From positions 6,842-70,841 of the forward strand of contig JBPEWV010000145.1 in assembly GCA_052032335.1 (NCBI GenBank): a stretch of 64,000 nucleotides of DNA. Reading direction: 5' to 3'. This document shows positions 38,985-48,420 of the stretch, one piece after another. The notes beneath the pieces are model-generated. The model made no database searches. It saw nothing but the letters and a program-made list of their open reading frames with translations, and had not been told where the DNA came from. Source of the DNA: Pleionea sp. Its GTDB lineage: Bacteria > Pseudomonadota > Gammaproteobacteria > Enterobacterales > Kangiellaceae. The position numbers and the translations under genes were made by a program. Within the stretch, counting starts at the first letter, position 1; the number at the start of each line of letters is the position of its first letter.

Positions 38985-39280
38985 TTTTCCCTCAATTATA
39001 TTGTTTAATTTGACTTTAAATATATACCATAAGGCCTTGATAGCAAAGTCAAAGTTACCTGTTTTGTTTGTATTTTATCGTATTTTTGCTGCTATACTGT
39101 GGCTAAAGTTGCCTTAAGTTTAAATTAAAACGTACGTTGGCGAGTGTTTAATGAGATATTGGGAGAGGTAGATGTATCTCACAAATGGAACTTTAAGCCT
39201 GTATATTGAACGAAGGTGCATGTAATATAATTACTTAAAACGGCATTGATCATGCTTGAGTCTGGATCGGAGATTTTTAA

Positions 39281-41053
39281 ATGAAATCAGTAGTTTCCTT
39301 CATAAAAATATGCCTTCTTGTAATTTGGGTCGCGGGGTGTAGTGATTCCAACGAAACATCGCAAGAAGATTTATTTCCACCTAATGAGCCTCCATCGGTT
39401 GTTTTGCCAGTTTTTGCTCTGGCTACTGAAGGTGAAACGTTCAGCTTGGCGCCTGAAGTTATCGATGCCGATAGTTCGACCTTTACTTACTTATGGAGCC
39501 AGATCTCTGGTGTTTCTGTGACCGTTAATAACCCGACGGCGGAAGTACTGAGTTTTCAAGCTCCAGCTGTTGATGAAACACAATTGGTCGTTTTTGAGTT
39601 AACTGTGACCGATCGCGATGGCGGCTCGGGTTCGGCATCAGTCGAAATAGTGATTGCTCGGGATGACACTGGCGTCATCACAGGAAAGGTCGTCGACGCA
39701 ATCTCCGGTGATCCCGTTGTCGACGCAACTGTACGTTCAGGAGAGCAATCTCGGGTTACCGATAGTGAAGGTAATTACATAATTTACGATTTAACCTTTG
39801 ATCCAAGAACGGTGGTAAATGCTTATCACCCTGACTATGGGGACCAATCAAGAGTTATTTCGGTTTCGCAAACCGAAAGAGATGTCAAGGTCACCATTTC
39901 GATGACCCCATCTGTTGAACTTTCATTTGAAGCCAATGATGGTGCAGTTTTATCGATATCAGGTTCAAGCTCCATGGTCGATATTCCGGGTGGGGCACTG
40001 GTTGATGCCAATGGCGATGAGTACAGCGGAACGGTTAATGCGAAAGTTACAGCAATCGCTCCTTCTGACAATGTTCGATATCTCTCAGGGGATTATTCAG
40101 TCGCTGGTCCTTTGCCGATAGAAGCTTTCGGTGGATTATCCGTTGAGCTAACTGATCCGTCGGGTAACCCTTTACAGTTGGCATCGGACGCAACAGCCGA
40201 TGTTCGTATTGAATTGGGAACGTCAAACAACTCTCCACCTGGCACGGCAGCTGTTTACGTTTACGATGATACTCAAGGGATATGGACTGCTAATGGAAAC
40301 TTCAGCTATGCCGGAAGCTACTACGAAGGATCAGTGGATACTTTGGGCGTTCTGGCCACCGGGTTCATGTACGATCGTATTTCAATTACCGGGTGTGTTT
40401 CTGATCTGTCGGGTAATCGAATTAGCGGAATTACCGTCAAAACTGAAGGAACAGACTACAGCGGAACAACTCAGACCTTAACCGACGACAATGGAAACTT
40501 TAGTATTTTTGCGAAGCAATCTTCGGAAGTCACTTTATACGCAAGCAAGAACGGCACGTTATCGAGCACTAAGCTAGTACCCACTGGATCCGTCGATATT
40601 GATATTGAGGAATGTCTTTTCTTAGAAGAAGGCGTCATTCGGATTCAGCTGACTTGGGGCAGTGGGCCTTCCGATCTTGACTCGCATCTGATTGGGCCTG
40701 ATTACCACGTTTATTATGCAAATAAAGGTAGTTTGAGCGAAGCTCCTTTTGCTCAATTGGATGTTGATGACGTCACTTCTTTTGGCCCAGAAGTTATCAC
40801 TATTACACAGTTGGAAAACAATTCGGAATATGCCTATTCAGTGTATAACTTCAGCCGCACGTTTGATCCCGGAATCACTGGGTCGCCCGCGGTTGTTGAA
40901 TTAAATCTGGATGGAGACATCACTGTTTTCACCCCTCCTGGTGGTGAAGGTGATAATCTGACCTGGAACGTATTTACCCTGGTTGTCGATGGCCGAGGCG
41001 AAATTACGGTAAGGACGGATGCAACCTGGTCTCCGAACGCTCCTTCTTTGTAA
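39281..41053 (+). CDS. Modular surface lipoprotein: PKD/REJ-like domain, carboxypeptidase-regulatory-like repeats and a YfaP/DUF2135-like C-terminus
   Basis: Lipobox VAGC; WSQISG...FQAP...FELTVTD; ITGKVVDA...TDSEGNY; TDDNGNFSI; LTWGSGPSDLDSHL...LDVDDVTSFGPEVITI. Confidence 0.7.
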   Translation: MKSVVSFIKICLLVIWVAGCSDSNETSQEDLFPPNEPPSVVLPVFALATEGETFSLAPEVIDADSSTFTYLWSQISGVSVTVNNPTAEVLSFQAPAVDETQLVVFELTVTDRDGGSGSASVEIVIARDDTGVITGKVVDAISGDPVVDATVRSGEQSRVTDSEGNYIIYDLTFDPRTVVNAYHPDYGDQSRVISVSQTERDVKVTISMTPSVELSFEANDGAVLSISGSSSMVDIPGGALVDANGDEYSGTVNAKVTAIAPSDNVRYLSGDYSVAGPLPIEAFGGLSVELTDPSGNPLQLASDATADVRIELGTSNNSPPGTAAVYVYDDTQGIWTANGNFSYAGSYYEGSVDTLGVLATGFMYDRISITGCVSDLSGNRISGITVKTEGTDYSGTTQTLTDDNGNFSIFAKQSSEVTLYASKNGTLSSTKLVPTGSVDIDIEECLFLEEGVIRIQLTWGSGPSDLDSHLIGPDYHVYYANKGSLSEAPFAQLDVDDVTSFGPEVITITQLENNSEYAYSVYNFSRTFDPGITGSPAVVELNLDGDITVFTPPGGEGDNLTWNVFTLVVDGRGEITVRTDATWSPNAPSL

Positions 41054-41060
41054 GTCGATA

Positions 41061-41090
41061 CAACAGGGTGCTCATTGGAGTACCCTGTTG
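41061..41090 (+). terminator. Hairpin after the lipoprotein gene
   Basis: CAACAGGGT...ACCCTGTTG stem followed by a weak U-tract. Confidence 0.55.
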
Positions 41091-41171
41091 TTGATTATCT
41101 CAATAGAGTTACTCTACGCTCGTCGAAAAAATTAGTACCATCAAGCACCTTGAAAGGTTAAGTCGAATAAG

Positions 41172-41708
41172 ATGAAGATTATTACGCTCGGTTTGTTGTT
41201 TCTCAGTTTCTTATTCTCTTCACGGATATTGGCAGAACAAACACGATACACCTGCAAAAACTTTCGCACCTTAGGCTATTCCATCTCCTGGAGCGGTGAC
41301 TTACAAGGCGCGGCAGTGGGTGAGCGTGGAGGCCATTACTGGGCGTTCAATGGACAGAGCATTGTGTTCAATATGCAAACCTCGTTTCGAAAAGACATAG
41401 GCCAAGTTTGGTTTGCGCACCCTGAAACGGACATTACCTATAGTCCAGGAAACGAATATCAGTTAACGCTGGGTAAGAAGAAGTCGGCCGATCATGCGAA
41501 ATTGCAAATAAATGATCCCTGGTTCGAAGGCGTAACTTTAGCCAACGCCGGCTATTTAAATTTTTCGACTCACTCGTTAAGCCCGGTAGAAAGTCCGTGT
41601 CTTCAGGGCGAAGGTGAAGCGACATTCATCGATGCAGATACAGGTCAAAAAGTTATTCTTAAGCTTCAATTTGCGATCGATGTTTCTGGTAGAAAGTTTC
41701 GTGGTTAG
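41172..41708 (+). CDS. Hypothetical exported protein
   Basis: 178-aa ORF with a Sec signal peptide (ILA|E) and two Cys; no family recognised. Confidence 0.65.
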   Translation: MKIITLGLLFLSFLFSSRILAEQTRYTCKNFRTLGYSISWSGDLQGAAVGERGGHYWAFNGQSIVFNMQTSFRKDIGQVWFAHPETDITYSPGNEYQLTLGKKKSADHAKLQINDPWFEGVTLANAGYLNFSTHSLSPVESPCLQGEGEATFIDADTGQKVILKLQFAIDVSGRKFRG

Positions 41709-41744
41709 TCAGGTGAGTAATCGAACAGCAGGCCAATTAATAAT

Positions 41745-42341
41745 TTAAGGTTGTAAATATTGCGTCGACCAACGTCCTTCTTTATGTGTGTATAGAAGTC
41801 GATGGTGCAATCGATGTTCAAGTCCTTGCCAATACTCGATAGAGTCGGGCTTAATGCGATAACCTCCCCAGTGTTCAGGTTTTTCGATGGGTTTGTTGCT
41901 GTAAGTTTTTGTCACTTTTTCAAAGTTTTGCTCTAAGGCCGCTAAAGACTCGATGGTTGCGCTTTGTTGAGATGCGATGGCGGCAAGCTGGCTGCCCTCA
42001 GGTCGAGAGTAAAAGTATGCACTTGAGCGCTGCTGACTGACTTTTTCAACTTTGCCTTCTATTCTAATTTGTCGTTGAAATTCGGACCACCAGAAAGTCG
42101 CACTAATGTAGGGATTGTTTTCTAACTCTTGCCCTTTACGGCTATTATAATTGGTGTAAAAAACAAAACCATTAGCATCGTATTCTTTTAGCAGAACGAC
42201 CCTGTTTGAAGGACGGCCCATTGCATTTACTGTTGCGATACTCATACCACAGTAGTAGACCGGGTCATTTTCTTTGGCAGCGGTAAACCAGTCTTCAAAC
42301 AAAGGAAAGGGATTATCTTTGGGCGCTTGTTGAATGTTCAT
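41745..42341 (-). CDS. pdxH: Pyridoxamine 5'-phosphate oxidase (likely start MNIQQ at 42341)
   Basis: RVVLLK, FVFYTNYNSRKG, RQIRIEG, ASQQS, HWGGYR and EYWQG...RLHHR. Confidence 0.95.
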   Translation of the reverse strand: MNIQQAPKDNPFPLFEDWFTAAKENDPVYYCGMSIATVNAMGRPSNRVVLLKEYDANGFVFYTNYNSRKGQELENNPYISATFWWSEFQRQIRIEGKVEKVSQQRSSAYFYSRPEGSQLAAIASQQSATIESLAALEQNFEKVTKTYSNKPIEKPEHWGGYRIKPDSIEYWQGLEHRLHHRLLYTHKEGRWSTQYLQP

Positions 42342-42366
42342 GGATGCTCTCTCAAAGTTGAATTGT

Positions 42367-43086
42367 TTAATGGTGTTGATGCATCGTTTGCTTGTCCGGG
42401 TCTTGCTCGTGATGGTCATGTGAATTGCCATGCGAATTTATGGAATAAAGTGACCAACAACCCATTGCAATCATGAAGCCGCCTAACGTGATTTTGACAA
42501 GCTTCCGTCGCAGCCATTGGCTGACACGTGTGAATCCAATACCCATCATCATCAATGGCCCAAGAGTGCCAAAGCCAAAGGCTAGCATAAATAATATACC
42601 TTTTGGTACACCGCCTTGGGCAGTAGCGATTGCAATTGCGGAATAAACCAATCCACACGGTAACAGGCCCCAAAGCATCCCCGAAAGGGTGGCTTGGAAT
42701 CGAGATCGCGAGGGATTCAGTTTTTTTGTTAAGGGCTGAATCTTTCGCCACGCTTGAGCACCGACTTTTTCTAAAAGGAGAATGCCATTCCACCAGCCCA
42801 ATAGATAAATGCCCGTTGCGATCAACAAAGTGGCAGCCAAAGCTCTTAACACGATTAAAAAGCCCAGTGATTCGCCAATCGTTGAGATAAAACCTGCCAA
42901 AGCTCCCAGTAAGCAATAGGTTAATACGCGGCCAAGGTTGTAATGGAGTGTGGTTAAGGTTGATTGCAGAAAATTTTTATTTTTTGTTGCGAAAGAAAAA
43001 GCGGTTACGATCGTTCCGCACATGCCGACACAGTGCAGGCTGCCCCCCAAGCCAAGAGCAAAGCCGGTGATTATAGTTTCAATCAT
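42367..43086 (-). CDS. TauE/SafE (DsbD_2-like) membrane protein of cco maturation clusters
   Basis: SLHCVGMCG, YNLGRV, LWGLLPCGLVY and FGFGT motifs; His-rich C-tail. Confidence 0.85.
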   Translation of the reverse strand: MIETIITGFALGLGGSLHCVGMCGTIVTAFSFATKNKNFLQSTLTTLHYNLGRVLTYCLLGALAGFISTIGESLGFLIVLRALAATLLIATGIYLLGWWNGILLLEKVGAQAWRKIQPLTKKLNPSRSRFQATLSGMLWGLLPCGLVYSAIAIATAQGGVPKGILFMLAFGFGTLGPLMMMGIGFTRVSQWLRRKLVKITLGGFMIAMGCWSLYSINSHGNSHDHHEQDPDKQTMHQHH

Positions 43087-43771
43087 TTGAATTTGTCTTA
43101 TTTGATTTAATAGTAGAAAGCTTTGAGCGATATTGCTTGAATAATACTAGGAAGTCTTCCTGATTTCGGTCCAAGGCAGTCAATGGTACGAACAAATCTG
43201 CACCCAGATAATGTTTCAGTTGATGCAGGCGAGCTGCAAACATTCCTTTCAGTCCATCAAAGATCTGACCATCGGCCGCTTTCCAATGTTCAGAATCCTC
43301 TTGAAGAAAACTGGTGTCGTCACTGCGAAATTGTGCTTCGAGAAGTGCAACATGCAACAAACTGCGGTACTCATGAAATAAGCTTTTCGCCAAACGTGGC
43401 GCAATATTTCGAATCATAGGTGCCCGATCCCATACTTTAATTCCGAAGTAGTGCAGCTCGGTTTGCCCCTGACCCTTATTAACTTGGAGCGGAACAATAT
43501 CGATGATATTTTCCCAATCCAGAGTAATGACGCCAAATTTGTGATACCAGATCAATCCTTGTTCATTTAACTCAAGACTGATGGGCGGTTCCTGCCATTT
43601 GAATACTCCAAACAGGAAAAACAAAAAACCGAACAGCATGAGTATGTAACCCGGGAGTTTTATCTCGAACTGCTGAAGAATCAGGGCAGAAATAATAGAT
43701 AGTAACCCAACCAATGAGAAGGCCAGGTGGTTCCGTCTGGCAATCGGTTTAAATTGCAGTCGCTCAATCAT
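43079..43771 (-). CDS. Membrane protein, probably DUF2982 family
   Basis: Two N-terminal TMs, then EPPISLEL...WENI...YFGIK and C-terminal LGADLFVP...LDR. Family recalled by pattern only. Confidence 0.5.
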   Translation of the reverse strand: MIERLQFKPIARRNHLAFSLVGLLSIISALILQQFEIKLPGYILMLFGFLFFLFGVFKWQEPPISLELNEQGLIWYHKFGVITLDWENIIDIVPLQVNKGQGQTELHYFGIKVWDRAPMIRNIAPRLAKSLFHEYRSLLHVALLEAQFRSDDTSFLQEDSEHWKAADGQIFDGLKGMFAARLHQLKHYLGADLFVPLTALDRNQEDFLVLFKQYRSKLSTIKSNKTNSND

Positions 43772-43976
43772 TGTCTTTGTCTAGAGTCGTATCGTTACTT
43801 TTTGTTGAACTTTCGTCACCAACAGGTGACTGTGCCGAGTCATCATCAAATAATATTTTATAGGCAGGTGAGTCAAGGTCAGAGTACTGATCATTTCTTA
43901 CCGCCCAGACAAAAGCAGCAATTGCGATGGCAAGTAACAAAATTGCCACAGGAATCAGCCAATACATTACTTGCAT
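43764..43976 (-). CDS. ccoS: cbb3 oxidase maturation protein CcoS
   Basis: LIP...FVWAVRNDQYSDLDSPAYKILFDD. Confidence 0.95.
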   Translation of the reverse strand: MQVMYWLIPVAILLLAIAIAAFVWAVRNDQYSDLDSPAYKILFDDDSAQSPVGDESSTKSNDTTLDKDND

Positions 43977-44051
43977 GTAACGGTAACCATAGAGTTCATC
44001 ATTGTGTGATCTTAACCAGTATTCTCAAGAGTCACAACTTATGGCATCAGT

Positions 44052-46439
44052 TTATTGGCGTAAACGCAGAGCGTTAAGAACCACAAGCAACGAGCTAAGT
44101 GTCATACCAATGGCCGCTAACCAGGGGGGCACCCAACCCATCGCAGCAAACGGAATTGCCATCAGGTTGTAACCGAGGGCCCAAATGAGGTTTTGTCGAA
44201 TGATAGTTTGTGTCTTTTTTGCGATGGTCAGAGCCTGGGGAATCGATGTTAGAGCTTTGGTTGTCATTACCGCATCGCCATTGATTTGCGTAATGTCGGC
44301 GGCGGTATCAATCGCTATACCGAGGTCCGCCTTAGCCAAAACTAACGAATCATTGATACCATCTCCGACCATAGCAACGATTCTCGAATTAGATTTTAAC
44401 TGCTTGATAATTTCGGCCTTTTGCTCTGGGCTCTGATCGCCATAAACGTTTTTGATACCCAGTTGATTGCCAGCCAAACGCGCATTGTTGTACTGATCAC
44501 CGCTGACGATTGCTGTTTCAATGTTTTGCGATTTTAACTGGCGCACGGCTGCCAATGCCGATTGTTTTAGTGGATCGTGAAATTTCAATTTGGCAGCGGG
44601 TTTATCATCAATGCTTAAGTGAATATTGACAAACGAATCTGGTATCTGCTGTAAGTCTTCAATGCCACAAAATTCGGGCTTTCCAATGCGATAACTGTGT
44701 TGTGTGTCTCGACCAGAAACACCGAGCCCGGCATGATATTCAATCGATTGAATATTTAAATACTCGTGAGGCTCTGAGAGAATCGCATTGGCGATAGGGT
44801 GGGTCTGATGCCGTTCTAAGGTTGCGGCAATATTTACGATGGTTTGTCGTGACAAAGAATGATCAAGTATTTCAATGTTCATTAACTCGAAGGCTCCTTC
44901 GGTTAAGGTACCTGTTTTGTCAAACACAACCGTATCGATTTCAGATAAGGTTTGTAGAGTATGCGGCTTGATGGCGAGAAGTCCGCGTTTACCCAGGTGA
45001 TGCGCGCCCATCGTGAGTGCTGTCGGTGTTGCCAAAGACAACGCACAGGGGCAGCTTACAACCAGTACGCTGATGGCAACCCATAAGGCTTTTTCACTAT
45101 CGATTTGAAGCCATGTAATAAACACCAGTGTGACAATAAAAAGAATGCCAAAAACAAACCAGTGCGCGATTTTATCGGCCAACAGTCCAATGGCTGGTTT
45201 TTCAGACGTGGCTTGCTCGGTCATTTTTTGCAGTGCTGCGAGATAGGTAGACTCGCCAATGGCAGTGGTTTCTAACGTCAGTGTTTGTGATTGGTTAACG
45301 CTGCCCGCCAAGGCTCGATCGCCATTCACTTTTTTTACCGGCTTGGATTCTCCGGTTAATAAAGATTCGTTCACATAGCTGTGTCCTGAAATGATCTTTC
45401 CGTCAACCGGAATGGTTTCACCCTGACGAATAATCAATTGATCACCTGCCTTAATTTGATGCAGTGGAATATCCACGGTCGAATCGTTTTCGAATTTAGA
45501 GACGGATAAGGGTAAAAGTTGGCGTTGAGTCTGCGTTGCCATAATTGCTTTTACTCGTACGCGATGCTCCAGATATCGGCCAACGAGTAAGAAGAAAATA
45601 AACATCGAGATAGAATCGAAGTAAACCTGACCACTGTTGGTTATTGTTGCGTAGACGCTGGTACAGTAAGCCACTGAAACAGCAATGACCACAGGCACAT
45701 CCATAACCAAATGTTTCTGCTTAAGCCCAAACCAAGCGTTGCGAAAAAAAGGAAATGCGGAATAGAAAACAATGGGCGTAGCAACCAGACCACTGACCCA
45801 GTGTAAAAATGATTGATGCTCGCTTTGCATATCATTACCTTCGCCAATGTATAGACCAAGGGCAAACATCATGACCTGCATCATGCCAAGACCGGCAATG
45901 CCTAGACGAATTAGATAGTTACGATTTTCTTTTCTTACCGATTTTTCGTAATGGTTTTGTTGGAATGGGTACGCTTTGTATCCCAATGTAAGCAGTTTTT
46001 TGATTAACTCGCTAAGCGACGCGAGTTGATCATCCCATTGAATGGTCAAACGGTGGGTCACTGGGTTGACTTGTACTTGAGAAACACCCGGTTCAGCCAA
46101 TAACCGCGATTCAATTAACCAGCTGCACGCGGCGCATGTAATTCCCTCGACTCCCAGCTCGGCGGTTGACAGATCATTGCTATGTCTGACAAACGTTTGT
46201 TGAATGATGGCATCATCCAGCAATTCTAGATCGCGCAACTCTTGTGGAATCAGTTCTTCAGGCTTAACCGATACTTCGGTTCTGAACTGGTAATATTCAT
46301 CCAGATTATTTTGAATAATGGTCGAAGCAACAGCCTCGCAGCCATGACAACAAAAGTTGCGAACTTTTCCACGCCATTCGAGAGTTATGTTCAAGTTGTC
46401 AGGAATGGTTTCATGACAATGAAAACAAAGCTCGGTCAT
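44052..46439 (-). CDS. ccoI: Cu-translocating P1B ATPase CcoI/FixI
   Basis: CFHC...CCHGC N-terminus, CAAC HMA domain, TGES, CPC, DKTGTLT and GDGIND. Confidence 0.95.
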   Translation of the reverse strand: MTELCFHCHETIPDNLNITLEWRGKVRNFCCHGCEAVASTIIQNNLDEYYQFRTEVSVKPEELIPQELRDLELLDDAIIQQTFVRHSNDLSTAELGVEGITCAACSWLIESRLLAEPGVSQVQVNPVTHRLTIQWDDQLASLSELIKKLLTLGYKAYPFQQNHYEKSVRKENRNYLIRLGIAGLGMMQVMMFALGLYIGEGNDMQSEHQSFLHWVSGLVATPIVFYSAFPFFRNAWFGLKQKHLVMDVPVVIAVSVAYCTSVYATITNSGQVYFDSISMFIFFLLVGRYLEHRVRVKAIMATQTQRQLLPLSVSKFENDSTVDIPLHQIKAGDQLIIRQGETIPVDGKIISGHSYVNESLLTGESKPVKKVNGDRALAGSVNQSQTLTLETTAIGESTYLAALQKMTEQATSEKPAIGLLADKIAHWFVFGILFIVTLVFITWLQIDSEKALWVAISVLVVSCPCALSLATPTALTMGAHHLGKRGLLAIKPHTLQTLSEIDTVVFDKTGTLTEGAFELMNIEILDHSLSRQTIVNIAATLERHQTHPIANAILSEPHEYLNIQSIEYHAGLGVSGRDTQHSYRIGKPEFCGIEDLQQIPDSFVNIHLSIDDKPAAKLKFHDPLKQSALAAVRQLKSQNIETAIVSGDQYNNARLAGNQLGIKNVYGDQSPEQKAEIIKQLKSNSRIVAMVGDGINDSLVLAKADLGIAIDTAADITQINGDAVMTTKALTSIPQALTIAKKTQTIIRQNLIWALGYNLMAIPFAAMGWVPPWLAAIGMTLSSLLVVLNALRLRQ

Positions 46440-46933
46440 TGCGCCTCAATCGAGGAAGTTGGTGACTTTTCCGGGTGCCAGCGATCGAGAATTTCCCATT
46501 GGTTGTCAGGCGGGTACAGTCGCACTCGATAGTTAAAAGCACCCAGCGTTACATCTTTAGCAATAAATTGGGCGTCGCTGCTACGTGAAAGTGCCAGAGT
46601 AAAATCTTTCGACTCATGAACCGGGTGCTGCATAAATAAGTAAATAATGGGGTAGTCAACAGGTTGCGAGCTGGTGAGTACGACTTGCTTTTCTTTAACT
46701 TCAAGTGTGAAGCTTAATTCGAGTTCAGCCGCTTTTTTTTGTCGACCAATAGATTCATTTATCGCCAGCCCTTCCTTGTAATAATTTGCTTTAACTAGGC
46801 TGTCGGAATTTTTGGTGGCAATAATGATGGTCGCTATGCCAGCTATTACGACCGAGCCTGGCAGAGCGATTAAAAACCACGGCCAGAATTGTTTGTACCA
46901 GGGTTTGGTGTCTTCATCTTGGTTTTGTGTCAT
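46436..46933 (-). CDS. ccoH: CcoH/FixH
   Basis: PWYKQFWPWFLI...YYKEGLAIN; lies between ccoG and ccoI. Confidence 0.9.
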   Translation of the reverse strand: MTQNQDEDTKPWYKQFWPWFLIALPGSVVIAGIATIIIATKNSDSLVKANYYKEGLAINESIGRQKKAAELELSFTLEVKEKQVVLTSSQPVDYPIIYLFMQHPVHESKDFTLALSRSSDAQFIAKDVTLGAFNYRVRLYPPDNQWEILDRWHPEKSPTSSIEAQ

Positions 46934-46958
46934 AGAAACTCTCTAAAGCCGTCGATCG

Positions 46959-48359
46959 TTACAATCGACCTAAAGGGCGACCGATAAATCGCGATTCGTT
47001 GGTTAATTGAATATCTTCATTATCGATGGACTGCACCGAAAAATAGATGGTGTTCGATGTGGCCTTTAAATCACCTGGATCGACAGCAACTCGGTAAGTC
47101 AGCGTTTTCACTTCGCCGGCAGCAATTGTAAATTGCGTTTTACCTTTAACGGACAGATCGGTGAGTCCCTCGACCGTGAGTTGATATTGATGTGGCGTTT
47201 GATCCATATTCGCGACCTTAACCGTGTAGATATTTTCGATCAAACCTTCGTTCGTTTCGACAAATAGCCGGTTTCTATCGCGAATAATATCGACCTCGAG
47301 TGGAGTTCGAATACTGACGGCAATAATAAAGCCAACAATCATCGCCAGCAGCAGGCTGCCGTACAAGAATGTTTTGGGACGCATAAGACGCGTCTTTTTG
47401 CCCTGCATCGAATTCTCAGTTGAATATCGAATCAACCCTTTGTCGTAACCCATTTTATCCATGACATCGTCACAGACGTCAATACAGGCTGCACACGCAA
47501 TGCATTCGTATTGTAATCCGTCGCGAATATCGATGCCCGTTGGGCACACATGCACGCATTGCTTGCAGTTGATGCAATCGCCGAGGCCTTTCAAACGGTA
47601 TTCATCGTCGTTCTTTTTACGATGGCCTCGTGATTCACCACGCTTTTCGTCGTACGCGATTACCAGGGTATCTTCGTCAAACATGGCGCTTTGAAAGCGG
47701 GCGTAAGGGCACATGTACAAGCATACCTGTTCTCTTAACCATCCCGCGTTGCCGTAGGTCGCCAACGCGTAGAAAAACACCCAGAACATTTCCCATGGTC
47801 CGAGATTCCACTCGATCAAATTTACCGTTAATTCTTTAATCGGTGAGAAATAACCAACAAAGGTGTAACCGGTGAAAAGTGCGAACGAGAGCCAAAGAAA
47901 GTGTTTGGTGGTTTTTAAAAAGATTTTGTTGGCGTTCCAGGGTTGTTTGTCCAGCTTCATTCGCTGATTGCGGTCTCCCTCAACAAATCGTTCAATCCAG
48001 ATAAAGGTTTCAGTCCAGACGGTTTGAGGGCAGGCAAAGCCGCACCAAAGTCGTCCGGCGAGAGAGGTGAAGAAGAACAGAGCGAAGGCTGCAATGATGA
48101 GTAACACCGCCAGAAAGATAAAATCTTGCGGCCAGAAGGTAATACCGAAAAGGTGGAACTGACGTGCCGGCAAATCAAGCAAAATGGCTTGTCGACCGTT
48201 CCAAGTCATCCAGGGGCCTAAATAGAAAAAGCCTAGCAGTGCCCAAACGGACAGCACTCGAAGTCTTGCGAAAATGCCATGAACCTGGCGCGGATAAATC
48301 TTTTCTGCTTTGACGTACAGGTCGCGGGTACGTTTGACTTCTTCAGACTGCTTAGACAT
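46959..48359 (-). CDS. ccoG: CcoG/FixG 4Fe-4S accessory protein
   Basis: GRLWCGFACPQTV, CLYMCPY, CINCKQCVHVCP and CIACAACIDVC. Confidence 0.97.
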   Translation of the reverse strand: MSKQSEEVKRTRDLYVKAEKIYPRQVHGIFARLRVLSVWALLGFFYLGPWMTWNGRQAILLDLPARQFHLFGITFWPQDFIFLAVLLIIAAFALFFFTSLAGRLWCGFACPQTVWTETFIWIERFVEGDRNQRMKLDKQPWNANKIFLKTTKHFLWLSFALFTGYTFVGYFSPIKELTVNLIEWNLGPWEMFWVFFYALATYGNAGWLREQVCLYMCPYARFQSAMFDEDTLVIAYDEKRGESRGHRKKNDDEYRLKGLGDCINCKQCVHVCPTGIDIRDGLQYECIACAACIDVCDDVMDKMGYDKGLIRYSTENSMQGKKTRLMRPKTFLYGSLLLAMIVGFIIAVSIRTPLEVDIIRDRNRLFVETNEGLIENIYTVKVANMDQTPHQYQLTVEGLTDLSVKGKTQFTIAAGEVKTLTYRVAVDPGDLKATSNTIYFSVQSIDNEDIQLTNESRFIGRPLGRL

Positions 48360-48420
48360 GTCGAACCTTTATTGAACTGAAATCGGCGATCAGGGAAATG
48401 GTCGCCGATACTCTATGACT

